Shown here in pieces: positions 23,348 to 32,000 of a stretch of 32,000 bases of DNA. The notes beneath the pieces were generated by a model, which made no database searches, was not told the origin of the DNA, and saw only the letters and a list, made by a program, of their open reading frames with translations. The position numbers and the translations under genes were made by a program. The DNA is from Horticoccus luteus (lineage in GTDB: Bacteria > Verrucomicrobiota > Verrucomicrobiia > Opitutales > Opitutaceae): the NCBI RefSeq assembly GCF_019464535.1, contig NZ_CP080507.1, positions 2,130,001 to 2,162,000 of the forward strand, given 5' to 3'. Positions within the stretch are counted from its first letter, which is position 1. Each line of letters opens with the position of its first letter.

Positions 23348-26245
23348 TTAATTCGCCGCGATGATCTGCCGCAGCACGTAAGGCAAAATTCCGCCGTGCT
23401 GGTAGTAGTCCACTTCGATCGGCGTATCGATCCGGCACCGCACCGCCAGCTTCTCCTGCGCGCCATCGGCCCGCGTGATGACCAGTGTGAGATCCTGTTG
23501 CGGCTTCAAGTCGGGACCGATTCCCACGACATCGAATTTTTCGGTGCCGTTGAGCTTCAGCGTCACCGCCGTATCGCCGTCCTTGAACTGGAGCGGCAGC
23601 ACGCCCATGCCGACGAGATTCGAACGATGGATGCGTTCAAAGCTTTGCGCGACGACCGCCTTGACCCCGAGCAGGTTCGTGCCCTTCGCCGCCCAGTCGC
23701 GGGAAGATCCCGTGCCGTATTCCTGGCCTGCCACGATGATGAGCGGCGTGCCTTCGGCCTGATACAGCATCGCGGCGTCAAAGATGCTCATCTTCTCGGG
23801 CGCTCCCGTTTTGCCGTCCGGCCGATCCGTGCCGTCCGCCGCCGTGCCCGTGCGGGAGTGGAAATACAGCGTGTTGCCGCCTTCCTCGCCGCCGAGCATG
23901 AGGTTCTTGATCCGCACATTGGCGAAGGTGCCGCGCGTCATCACGCGGTCGTTGCCGCGGCGGGAACCATAGCTGTTGAAGTCCTCGAACGCCACCTTGT
24001 GCTCGAGCAGATACTTGCCCGCCGGCGAGGTCTTCTTGATCGCTCCCGCCGGTGAGATGTGATCGGTCGTCACCGAGTCGCCGAAAACGCCCAGCGCCCG
24101 GGCGCCCTTGATCTCGCCGACGGCTCCGGGATTCAGACCGAACCCGGCGAAAAACGGCGGTTCCTGGATGTAGGTTGAACCGGCATCGAATTGATACACA
24201 TCGCCCGTCGTCTCCGGGATTTCATTCCACTTGGGATTTTGGGCTGCGAAGTCCGTGTAGAGCCGGCGAAAGACTTCCGGTTTCAATGCCGCCTGCAGTT
24301 GATCGCGCACCTCCTGCAACGTCGGCCAGATGTCCTTCAGGAACACGTCGCGCCCGTCGCGATCGCGGCCGAGCGGCTCGCGGGTCAGATCGATATCCAC
24401 GCGGCCCGCCAGCGCAAAGGCCACCACCAGCGGCGGCGACATCAGGAAGTTCGCCTTGATGTTTTGATGCACCCGCGCCTCGAAATTGCGGTTGCCGGAA
24501 AGCACCGAGGCCGCGACGAGATCGTTTTTCACGACCACGTCTTCGATCGCCGGATGCAGCGGACCGGAGTTGCCGATGCACGTCGTGCAACCATAGCCCA
24601 CGGTTTGAAACCCGAGCTGGTCGAGATAGGGCTGCAAGCCCGTCTTGTTCAGATAATCGGTGACGACACGTGAACCAGGCGCGAGCGAGGATTTCACGAC
24701 GGGGTTCACCTTGAGCCCCTTCTCCACCGCCTTTTTCGCCAGCAAGCCCGCCGCCAGCATCACGCTGGGATTCGACGTATTGGTGCAGCTCGTGATGGCC
24801 GCGATGAGCACGCTGCCGTGGCGAATCCGGCTGTGCATTTCCCCCGCGGGGGCGACCAACGCATCCGGCGTCGGCCGGTTTTGCGCCATTTCGTGCTCCG
24901 TGAAAACACTCGTGGATTTCGCTTCGGATTTTTGCACCGAGACCGGCTCCTGACTGCCGCCACCCGCATGATATTGCAGCGCGCGGCTCGCATCGACGTT
25001 GAACTCCTTGGCGAGATCGCCCGCCTGTTTGCCAAAGCCGCTTTCGGCGACCGGCTTCACGAGCGCATTCGCAAATTCGTTCTTCAACTGCGGCAACTCG
25101 ATGCGATCCTGCGGGCGCTTCGGACCGGCGACGCTCGGCACCACGCTCGCGAGGTCGAGTTCCAGGTCCTGCGAGTAGTCGATCTGGCCGCGCTGCGGCA
25201 CGCCCCACAAGCCCTGCGCTTTGTAATAGGCCTCGTAAAGCGCGACGTGGCTCTCATCCCGCCCCGTGGCGCGAAGATAGTTCGTGCATTCCACATCGAT
25301 GGGAAAGAAGCCCATCGTCGCCCCGTATTCCGGCGCCATGTTGCCAATCGTTGCCCGATCGACCACCGGGAGCGCCGCGGCGCCCGGTCCGTAAAACTCC
25401 ACGAATTTTCCGACCACCTTCGCCTTGCGCAGCATCTGCGTGATCGTGAGCGCAAGATCAGTCGCCGTCACCCCTTCGCGCAACGCGCCTGTCAGGTGCA
25501 CGCCGACGACATCCGGCGTGAGGAAATAAACCGGCTGACCCAGCATGCCGGCTTCGGCCTCGATTCCACCGACACCCCAGCCCACGATCCCGAGACCGTT
25601 GATCATCGTCGTGTGCGAATCGGTGCCGACCAGTGTATCCGGATAACAGACGCCGTCTTCGTTCCGCAGCACGCCTTTGGCCAGATACTCCAAGTTCACC
25701 TGGTGCACGATGCCGATGCCCGGCGGCACCACCTTGAACGTGTCGAAAGCCTGCATGCCCCACTTCAGAAATTCGTAACGCTCCCGGTTGCGCGAAAACT
25801 CCAGCTCAAGGTTCTTCTTAAACGCCTCCGCCGAGCCCGCGAAATCCACTTGCACGGAATGGTCAACCACCAAGTCCACCGGCACCAGCGGCTCGATGAT
25901 CTTCGGGTTTTTGCCGAGCCGCGCGACCGCCGCCCGCATCGCCGCGAGATCCACCAGCAAGGGCACGCCCGTGAAGTCCTGCAGCACGATCCGCGCGACG
26001 ACGAAAGGCACCTCCTCCGTGCGCGGCGCCTTCGCGCCCCAACCGGCCAAATCCTTCACCGCCTGCTCCGAGACCCGCTGACCGTCGCAGTTGCGCAGCA
26101 GCGATTCCAGCACGAGCCGGATCGTCACCGGCAGGCGGGAAATCTTGAACCCAGCTTTCTCAAGCTGCGGCAGCGAATAAAACGTATGCTCGGCGCCGCC
26201 AACGGTGAACGTCTGGCGCGTCATGAACGGATTCGGGACTTGCAT
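23348..26245 (-). CDS. acnA: Aconitate hydratase A
   Basis: 965 aa, [52 protein letters not shown].... Fe-S ligand regions are present ([23 protein letters not shown]), as is [10 protein letters not shown]. Confidence 0.96.
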   Translation of the reverse strand: MQVPNPFMTRQTFTVGGAEHTFYSLPQLEKAGFKISRLPVTIRLVLESLLRNCDGQRVSEQAVKDLAGWGAKAPRTEEVPFVVARIVLQDFTGVPLLVDLAAMRAAVARLGKNPKIIEPLVPVDLVVDHSVQVDFAGSAEAFKKNLELEFSRNRERYEFLKWGMQAFDTFKVVPPGIGIVHQVNLEYLAKGVLRNEDGVCYPDTLVGTDSHTTMINGLGIVGWGVGGIEAEAGMLGQPVYFLTPDVVGVHLTGALREGVTATDLALTITQMLRKAKVVGKFVEFYGPGAAALPVVDRATIGNMAPEYGATMGFFPIDVECTNYLRATGRDESHVALYEAYYKAQGLWGVPQRGQIDYSQDLELDLASVVPSVAGPKRPQDRIELPQLKNEFANALVKPVAESGFGKQAGDLAKEFNVDASRALQYHAGGGSQEPVSVQKSEAKSTSVFTEHEMAQNRPTPDALVAPAGEMHSRIRHGSVLIAAITSCTNTSNPSVMLAAGLLAKKAVEKGLKVNPVVKSSLAPGSRVVTDYLNKTGLQPYLDQLGFQTVGYGCTTCIGNSGPLHPAIEDVVVKNDLVAASVLSGNRNFEARVHQNIKANFLMSPPLVVAFALAGRVDIDLTREPLGRDRDGRDVFLKDIWPTLQEVRDQLQAALKPEVFRRLYTDFAAQNPKWNEIPETTGDVYQFDAGSTYIQEPPFFAGFGLNPGAVGEIKGARALGVFGDSVTTDHISPAGAIKKTSPAGKYLLEHKVAFEDFNSYGSRRGNDRVMTRGTFANVRIKNLMLGGEEGGNTLYFHSRTGTAADGTDRPDGKTGAPEKMSIFDAAMLYQAEGTPLIIVAGQEYGTGSSRDWAAKGTNLLGVKAVVAQSFERIHRSNLVGMGVLPLQFKDGDTAVTLKLNGTEKFDVVGIGPDLKPQQDLTLVITRADGAQEKLAVRCRIDTPIEVDYYQHGGILPYVLRQIIAAN

Positions 26246-26295
26246 GATTTTAAAAGAGTTTCTCGACGGGACCGTCCGGCCGCCGCCGAGCGAGT

Positions 26296-26769
26296 TTACT
26301 GGGCGAGGGCGGCTTTCACCGCGGCGAAATCAGGAAGATCTTTCGGCGTCGGGGTCTGCTCCGCGTATTTGACCACGCCGTCCCGGCCGATGACAAAGGC
26401 CGCCCGCGCCGACACGTCGCCGACGCCCGCGAGCATCGGCAGCAACACCCCGTAAGCTTGTGCGACGGTCTTGTTCAGGTCGCTCGCCAGCGTGACGCCG
26501 ATCTTGTTGGCCTTCGCCCACGCTTCCTGCGCGAACGGGCTGTCGACACTGATCGCAATCACGTCGGCGCCCAGTTTTTCATACTCGGCCAGGCCATTCG
26601 TCTGGTCGCACATCTCCTGCGTGCAGACGCTGGTGTAAGCGAGCGGGAAGAACAACAACACGGTCTGCTTTCGGCCGCGATTGTCGCTCAGCTTGATGTC
26701 TTTGAGACCTTCCGCGGTTTTGCTTTTCAGGGAAAAATCCGGGGCTTGGGAACCGACTGCAATAGGCAT
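26296..26769 (-). CDS. Peroxiredoxin (AhpC/TSA-redoxin family, CxxxxC PrxQ/BCP-like arrangement)
   Basis: An internal ATG at 26769 gives [54 protein letters not shown]..., 157 aa. The upstream 78 track codons are Arg/Ser-rich and not protein-like. Confidence 0.85.
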   Translation of the reverse strand: MPIAVGSQAPDFSLKSKTAEGLKDIKLSDNRGRKQTVLLFFPLAYTSVCTQEMCDQTNGLAEYEKLGADVIAISVDSPFAQEAWAKANKIGVTLASDLNKTVAQAYGVLLPMLAGVGDVSARAAFVIGRDGVVKYAEQTPTPKDLPDFAAVKAALAQ

Positions 26770-26799
26770 GAGAGGAAGAGATGGAGGTTGAAACTGAAT

Positions 26800-26843
26800 A
26801 CGCGTGGCGCGTGGAGACGGAAAAATTGAGCTCGCGCACGCGT
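26800..26843. promoter_or_regulatory. Imperfect inverted repeat in the divergent peroxiredoxin/tyrS intergenic region (possible operator or hairpin)
   Basis: acgcgtggcgcg (26800-26811) and cgcgcacgcgt (26833-26843) are reverse complements apart from a one-nucleotide deletion, and are separated by 21 nt. The repeat lies 31 nt upstream of the peroxiredoxin start. Confidence 0.25.
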
Positions 26844-26992
26844 CGCGGCAAATGGTTTTTCCCGGAAGAAGGCCGCTTTCTTGCCGTTGCGCGTTTCCCA
26901 TTAGCCGGGATTGCGTGCGCCCGCGGCCTGCGCGCCGCCACGCGCTTCCCCTTGACCGCACTGCCTCGGCCGCGAATAACCCTTCGCTCCGC

Positions 26993-28270
26993 ATGAGTAT
27001 CATCGCTGATCTTCAATGGCGCGGCCTGCTCGCCGACTGCACCGATCTCGACGCGCTGACCAAGCGCCTCGCCGAAAACCCGGTGACGCTCTATTGCGGG
27101 TTTGATCCCACGTCCGACAGCCTGCATGTCGGACATCTCGTGCCCCAATTGACCCTGCGCCGCTTTCAACTCGCGGGCCATCATCCGATCACGCTCGCCG
27201 GCGGCGCCACCGGCATGATCGGCGATCCCGGCGGCAAGTCCGCCGAACGCAATCTCCTCACCCGCGAACAGCTCACGCACAACGTCGCCTGCATCAAAGG
27301 CCAGCTCGCGCGACTGCTCGACTTCGACCACGCGACCAACCCCGCCCTCTTGGTCGATAACGCCACCTGGACGGCGCCGATCAGCTTCCTCGATTTCCTG
27401 CGCGATGTCGGCAAGCACTTCTCGTTAAATTCGATGATCGCCAAGGAGAGCGTCCGCTCCCGACTCGAAAGCGAATCCGGCATCAGCTTCACCGAGTTCA
27501 GCTACCAGCTCCTGCAAGCCTACGATTTTTATCACCTGCGGCACACGCACGCGTGCGAACTCCAAATCGGCGGCACCGAGCAATGGGGCAACATCACCGC
27601 CGGCACCGATCTCATCCGGAAGAAACTGGGCGTCACCGTCTGGGGGCTCACGTTTCCTCTCATCCTGAAGGCCGACGGCACCAAGTTCGGCAAAACCGAA
27701 GGCGGCGCCGTCTGGCTCGATCCGAAAAAGACGAGTCCCTACAAATTCTATCAGTTTTTCGTTAACACCGAGGATGCGAAGGTCGGCGAATATCTCCGTA
27801 AGTTCACTTTCCTCTCCCGTCCCGAAATCGAAGCCCTCGAAGCGAAACACAGCGCGAATCCCGGTGCCCGCGAAGCGCACAAAGCCCTGGCCGCCGAAGT
27901 GACTCGCCTCGTTCACGGCCCGGCCGCGCTTGAGGCCGCCCTCAAAGCGAGCGCCATCCTCTTCGGTGCCGAAATCGGCGACACTGCCGAAGAAACGTTT
28001 CGCGATGTCGTCGGCGAAATTCCCACCAAGGAATTCGCGGCCGCCCAACTCGCTTCGCCCGGCACTGCTTTGCTCGACCTGCTCGTCCACGCCGGTCTCT
28101 GCCCTTCAAAAGGCCAGGCGCGCAAGGACGTCGAGGGCGGCGGCATCTATCTGAACAACGTCCGCGTCGCCGAGGCGGGGCGCCTGGTCACCGCCGCGGA
28201 TCTCCTGTTCGCCCGCTATCTGCTTCTGCGCAAGGGCAAGCGCACCTACGCGGTGTTGCACGCGCTCTGA
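26993..28270 (+). CDS. tyrS: Tyrosine--tRNA ligase (type 1, C-terminal S4 domain)
   Basis: An internal ATG at 26993 gives MSIIADLQWRGLLADCTDLDALTKRLAENPVTLYCGFDPTSDSLHVGHL (HIGH motif). It also has KFGKTEGGAVWLD (KMSKS motif) and an S4-like C-terminus. The 63 upstream track codons are not protein-like. Confidence 0.95.
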   Translation: MSIIADLQWRGLLADCTDLDALTKRLAENPVTLYCGFDPTSDSLHVGHLVPQLTLRRFQLAGHHPITLAGGATGMIGDPGGKSAERNLLTREQLTHNVACIKGQLARLLDFDHATNPALLVDNATWTAPISFLDFLRDVGKHFSLNSMIAKESVRSRLESESGISFTEFSYQLLQAYDFYHLRHTHACELQIGGTEQWGNITAGTDLIRKKLGVTVWGLTFPLILKADGTKFGKTEGGAVWLDPKKTSPYKFYQFFVNTEDAKVGEYLRKFTFLSRPEIEALEAKHSANPGAREAHKALAAEVTRLVHGPAALEAALKASAILFGAEIGDTAEETFRDVVGEIPTKEFAAAQLASPGTALLDLLVHAGLCPSKGQARKDVEGGGIYLNNVRVAEAGRLVTAADLLFARYLLLRKGKRTYAVLHAL

Positions 28271-28355
28271 GCGCCGCCCGCGCGGCCTCAATTTCACTCG
28301 TAGCTCTCGCCGCCGCCCGGCGGTCGACGGACGCACATGGCTCCCACCCTCGCGC

Positions 28356-29336
28356 TCAAAAAAACATCGCTTCGCTGAGCGCCGCTTCCGGCGTCAGAAG
28401 GCTGACCGACGCCGCCATCTCGGAGCGCACTCCGCCCAAGACCGCCGTGATCCCCGCCTGCCCGGTCGTAAAATCGCCGTGCCACGCAAACGCACTCGCG
28501 TCGCCGGCATATTTGAACTGGATCGCCAACTTGCGCTCACCTTCGCATCGGTTCGTGCGAAATCCCACGCCAGCCTCCGTCACGCCGCAGGCCGCCAGTC
28601 GCCGCTGCAGCCAGGCGAGCGCCACCCGCGCCTCCGCCTCGAACTCGCTCGTGTGCTCAACCGTGACGGTCTCCAATCCCTGCACCAGTTTGTCCGGCGG
28701 ATAGCTCGCCAAAAACTGGCCGACCGTCTGGCGGACCGGCAGGAGCCTCGAGTAAACCAAATCGCGCAACGCATTCGGGTGCGGCCACGGATAAGCCATG
28801 ACTCCAGCGGGGGCGATTGCACTGTCGATCATCACTCGCCGCGCGCGCGTCAGCAGATAACGATAGTCGGCCAGCTTCAGGTTTTCCGAGAAACGATGGG
28901 CCCAATAATACATCGGCAAATCCGCCGAGAGGCAGACCGACACCTGCGATTCGAGAAACTGCCGCGCCCGCCGCGGATAACTTAGCAACACGAACTCCAC
29001 GCACCGCTTGTCGCTTTTCGAACGTCCGAGAAAACACTCGCCGTAGATCTTCGCGTGGATCTCGCGCTCCTCGCCATCCTCGTGCAGCGGGCACAGCACC
29101 ACGACCCGGCTGGGGTAACGCCGCGCGAAACGCACCACCGTCTGGAATTGCGCGAGCGCATCTTCAGGCGTGGTGCGAAAGCCCAAGTGCAGGACGAAGT
29201 TTACCTGTGTCGCTGTGGCGTCATCCGGCGCCGGACCACCTTCCGCCGCGGTCGTCGACCACATTTGCTCGAATCCCTTGGCCACGGCATCCACCGGAAC
29301 TTCCACTCCGGGAAGCGCATCGAAAATCGTCGGCAT
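28356..29336 (-). CDS. opcA: Glucose-6-phosphate dehydrogenase assembly protein OpcA-like
   Basis: An internal ATG at 29336 gives MPTIFDALPGVEVPVDAVAKGFEQMWSTT...ATQVNFVLHLG..., 326 aa. It starts 11 nt after the zwf stop. Length, position and N-terminal pattern fit OpcA. Confidence 0.75.
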   Translation of the reverse strand: MPTIFDALPGVEVPVDAVAKGFEQMWSTTAAEGGPAPDDATATQVNFVLHLGFRTTPEDALAQFQTVVRFARRYPSRVVVLCPLHEDGEEREIHAKIYGECFLGRSKSDKRCVEFVLLSYPRRARQFLESQVSVCLSADLPMYYWAHRFSENLKLADYRYLLTRARRVMIDSAIAPAGVMAYPWPHPNALRDLVYSRLLPVRQTVGQFLASYPPDKLVQGLETVTVEHTSEFEAEARVALAWLQRRLAACGVTEAGVGFRTNRCEGERKLAIQFKYAGDASAFAWHGDFTTGQAGITAVLGGVRSEMAASVSLLTPEAALSEAMFF

Positions 29337-29347
29337 GGCGGGCTTCG

Positions 29348-30886
29348 TTATGGTTGCCGCCAGACGTCGTGGTTTTTGGCGAGCAACGCCTCCGCTGCCG
29401 TCGGTCCCCACGATCCCGCCGGATACGACTCCAGTCCTTGCTGCCCGGCTGCGGCCCAAGCCTCCAGCACCGGCGTATATATTTTCCAAGACTGTTCCGT
29501 CTCGTCGCCGCGGATGAACAACGTGCCGTCGCCGATCATCGCATCGAGCACCAGCCGCTCGTAAGCTTCCGGCGTGTTCGAACCAAACGTCGTGCTGTAA
29601 CGGAAATTCATCTTCACCGGCTGCGTGCGCGTCTCCAACCCGGGAATCTTCGCGTTGAGAATCATGCTCAACCCCTCGTCCGGCTGGATTTGAAACGAGA
29701 GCGTGTTGCTCGCCAGTTGAAACCGGTCGCCCTCGGCAAACAACGTGCCGGGCGGTCGACGAAACGTCACCGCGATTTCCGACACCCGGCGCGCCATGCG
29801 TTTGCCCGAACGCAAATAAAACGGCACGCCCTGCCAGCGCCAGTTGTTGATCGAGAGGCGGATCGCCGCGTAAGTCTCTGTGGCGGAATCCGGGTTGATG
29901 CCCTCTTCCTCGCGATAGCCCGGCACCGGCTTGCCGCCCGTCATCCCCGCTGCGTAATGCGCGCGCACCACGTCGCCTTCCGCGCCCGTGCGCAGCGGCT
30001 GGATCGCCCGCAGCAACCGCACCTTTTCGTCCCGAATCGCCTCCGCATCCAGCGACACTGGCGGCTCCATCGCCGTCAACGCGAGGAGCTGCATCGTGTG
30101 ATTCTGGATCATATCGCGCAGCGCCCCGCTCTGTTCATAGTATCCGCCGCGCGAGCCGACGCCGACTTCCTCCGCCACCGTGATCTGCACGGACGAAATG
30201 AAATTCCGGTTCCACAGCGGCTCGAAAATCGCGTTCGAGAATCGCTGCACGAGCAAATCCTGCACCGTCTCTTTGCCGAGGTAATGGTCGATGCGAAAAA
30301 CCTGCGGCTCGGTGAAATATTTGCGCAACGTGCCGTTCAACGCCTGCGCCGACGCCAGATCGCGGCCAAACGGTTTCTCGATGATGACCTTCGATTGCAG
30401 CGCCTGGCCTGCATATTTCTCCGCCAAACCGGCGGCGCCGAGATTCTCCAAAATCGGTGTGAACACCGAAGGCGGCGTGGAAATATAAAACAGCGACTGC
30501 ACCTCCCGACCGAGCTTCTTTTCAATCGCGTCAATGTGCTCTTTCAACCGTTGAAACGCATCCGGGTCGTCGTAGCCACCCGCGACGTAGCTCGTGTTCG
30601 CCGCGATCCGTTTCCAAGCCTCCGGCTGGAGCTCCCGCCGGGAAAATTCCTTGATCGCGTCCGCTGCGAGGGTGCGAAACTCGTCGTCGGGAATGGGCTT
30701 TCGTCCGAAACCGATGAGGTAAAAATCCGTCGGCAACAGGCTATCCAGGCCAAGATTGTAGACCGCCGGAATCAACTTCCGCGCCGTCAGATCGCCGGAG
30801 GCGCCGAAGATCACTACGACGGTGGGCGGCGCGCCACGATGCTTGCTGAGACCGTGAAGGAAGGGATGTCGCTGTGTATCTGCCAT
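29348..30886 (-). CDS. zwf: Glucose-6-phosphate 1-dehydrogenase
   Basis: An internal ATG at 30886 gives MADTQRHPFLHGLSKHRGAPPTVVVIFGASGDLTARKLIPAVYNL (GASGDL NADP motif). It also has RIDHYLGKE (active-site motif) and EKPFG. Confidence 0.95.
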   Translation of the reverse strand: MADTQRHPFLHGLSKHRGAPPTVVVIFGASGDLTARKLIPAVYNLGLDSLLPTDFYLIGFGRKPIPDDEFRTLAADAIKEFSRRELQPEAWKRIAANTSYVAGGYDDPDAFQRLKEHIDAIEKKLGREVQSLFYISTPPSVFTPILENLGAAGLAEKYAGQALQSKVIIEKPFGRDLASAQALNGTLRKYFTEPQVFRIDHYLGKETVQDLLVQRFSNAIFEPLWNRNFISSVQITVAEEVGVGSRGGYYEQSGALRDMIQNHTMQLLALTAMEPPVSLDAEAIRDEKVRLLRAIQPLRTGAEGDVVRAHYAAGMTGGKPVPGYREEEGINPDSATETYAAIRLSINNWRWQGVPFYLRSGKRMARRVSEIAVTFRRPPGTLFAEGDRFQLASNTLSFQIQPDEGLSMILNAKIPGLETRTQPVKMNFRYSTTFGSNTPEAYERLVLDAMIGDGTLFIRGDETEQSWKIYTPVLEAWAAAGQQGLESYPAGSWGPTAAEALLAKNHDVWRQP

Positions 30887-30971
30887 GGTGGACGCGCTTT
30901 TTTTCGAGCCCCGCTCCCGGCGAAGCAAGGGAAATGCCTTGGATGACGCGCTCGCCGCGCAGTTCCGTCGG

Positions 30972-31418
30972 CTAAAGCCGAAAGTCGCGCCCCAACAGCG
31001 GGATGTTTTCGAAGTGCCGCACGATCGGCGTCGGACCGCGTTCAGCGGGCAACTCGACTTCTACCACGTCGAACCGCCACGTGTGCGGCTTTTCCTTCAA
31101 CGCGCCAAGATACGCGCGGCACGCCCGGCGCAGCGCCTCTTTTTTGCGTTTGTCCACCGCATAATACCCGGGCACCAACGCGGTCGCCGCCCGCGCTTTC
31201 ACCTCAACGAAGACGAGCACGTCCCCATCGCGGCAGACGAGATCGAGTTCATCGCGCCGGTCTTTCGGGCTGCGCCAATTCCGTGCAATCACCGCGAAAT
31301 TTCGTTCGCTGCGCAGGAACCGTTCGGCGGCGCGTTCGCCTTGCGCCCCGCTATCCGCCTCACGGCCGGTCAACGTGTTCCACCAGCGCGTCCAAGCCGA
31401 CGCTTCTGCGCGTTTCAT
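30972..31418 (-). CDS. yraN: YraN family (UPF0102) endonuclease-like protein
   Basis: 148 aa, GERAAERFLRSERNFAVIARNWRSPKDRRDELDLVCRDGDVLVFVEVKAR.... This is the YraN signature (ExxAxxYL...RNxR...GEIDLI...LVFVEVKxR). Confidence 0.8.
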   Translation of the reverse strand: MKRAEASAWTRWWNTLTGREADSGAQGERAAERFLRSERNFAVIARNWRSPKDRRDELDLVCRDGDVLVFVEVKARAATALVPGYYAVDKRKKEALRRACRAYLGALKEKPHTWRFDVVEVELPAERGPTPIVRHFENIPLLGRDFRL

Positions 31419-31476
31419 TGATTCTCATTGCCGCATCTGGCGGCCGATGGCAATTCCTGACGACCCCGCGTCTGCC

Positions 31477-32000
31477 ATGGCTTCCTCCGGAATATCCAAC
31501 GCTCTTCGCCGTTCGCTTTTGATCAAGTTGATCTCCAAGCCCGCGCCCAGTCGCGAGGACGTCGATTCCGTCGTCGAGCTCACCGCCTCGAAAGTCGTCG
31601 AGGCGCTCCAAGCGCAGTCGATGACCCTCTATCTCGTCGAGGGAAACGATATCCTGTTCAAGCACGTCTACTATTCCCCCACGCTCTGGACGTCGCACCC
31701 GGCCCTCGAGCAAAAGTTGCAGGAAACCGCCGCCATCCTTCTGGAAACGAAACTGCCCCTCGGCACCGGCGTCGTCGGGAAGGTCATCGCGACCGGTGAA
31801 CCCGTGTTCTTCCGCAACACCGAGAGCCAGGCCCCGTTCATGAACTCCATGGGCGATCGCACCGGCTTCGCCGTTGAGTCGATGCTCACGGTGCCGCTCA
31901 AGACGACCAACGTCATCGGCGCGATCCAAGTGCTCAACAAAGAGCCCTCCGCCGGCACCGCAGGTTTGTTTGTCGACCGCGATCTCGCGCTTCTGCAAGA
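31477..32000 (+). CDS. GAF-domain protein (N-terminal 174 codons; runs off the right window edge)
   Basis: Hand translation from the ATG at 31477 gives MASSGISNALRRSLLIKLISKPAPSREDVDSVVELTASKVVEALQAQSMTLYLVEGNDILFKHVYYSP...GTGVVGKVIATGEPVFFRNT...ESMLTVPLKTTNVIGAIQVLNK.... This is a classic GAF pattern with high GC3, and it is open to the window end. It is absent from the track because there is no in-window stop. The antisense 212-aa track ORF (31360-31998) is rejected. Confidence 0.8.
   Translation, partial: MASSGISNALRRSLLIKLISKPAPSREDVDSVVELTASKVVEALQAQSMTLYLVEGNDILFKHVYYSPTLWTSHPALEQKLQETAAILLETKLPLGTGVVGKVIATGEPVFFRNTESQAPFMNSMGDRTGFAVESMLTVPLKTTNVIGAIQVLNKEPSAGTAGLFVDRDLALLQ

Noticed and set aside
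22814-26455. Plus-strand ORFs 22814-24055 (413 aa) and 24818-26455 (545 aa)
   Set aside because: They are antisense to the STAS gene, acnA and the peroxiredoxin gene. They are Arg/His/Asp-rich with no domain signatures.
28817-30946. Plus-strand ORF of 709 aa
   Set aside because: It is antisense to opcA and zwf, which are unambiguous. It is an extremely Arg/Pro-rich shadow translation.
31360-31998. Minus-strand ORF of 212 aa at the right edge
   Set aside because: The opposite strand encodes a clean GAF domain with high GC3 from the ATG at 31477. This ORF also overlaps the yraN start.
1-32000. CRISPR arrays, IS elements/transposases, integrases, prophage genes and toxin-antitoxin pairs
   Set aside because: Reading through, I saw no regularly spaced direct repeats and no ORF with transposase, integrase or phage hallmarks. 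Without tools I cannot exclude short or degenerate repeats.

Overview
This is a high-GC, gene-dense bacterial chromosomal window and most of it is housekeeping. I support 25 protein-coding genes, one tRNA-Glu(CUC), one candidate SRP-like structured RNA, one good intrinsic terminator and a few weaker hairpins or inverted repeats.

The genes, left to right:
- a Type III restriction Res-like helicase-nuclease, truncated by the left edge
- a SHOCT lipoprotein, then tRNA-Glu
- ndk, an SRPBCC/TIGR01777 fusion, photolyase, glgA
- rnr followed by two uncharacterised ORFs
- a small membrane protein followed by a family-B DNA polymerase
- ileS, a Cys-less DksA-like protein with a Lys/Ala/Pro-rich tail, lspA
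- yicC, trpB
- a TM-GAF-PP2C phosphatase and a STAS protein
- acnA, a peroxiredoxin, tyrS, zwf-opcA, yraN
- a GAF protein, truncated by the right edge

The supplied ORF track misses both edge-truncated genes because neither has an in-window stop. I recovered them by translating by hand. Many long track ORFs are antisense shadow ORFs of the kind expected in GC3-rich genomes.

The lack of Shine-Dalgarno motifs, the ileS-dksA-lspA order and the zwf-opcA pair suggest a PVC-group (Verrucomicrobiota-like) organism. That is inference only.

I saw no CRISPR array, transposase, integrase or obvious multi-gene novel system. The only clearly accessory-looking part is the left ~3.3 kb, where the Res-like gene and the SHOCT lipoprotein abut the 3' end of tRNA-Glu. 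The most unusual non-coding signal is a ~115-nt extended hairpin 19 nt upstream of ileS, whose apex carries the SRP RNA domain IV motif on the minus strand.
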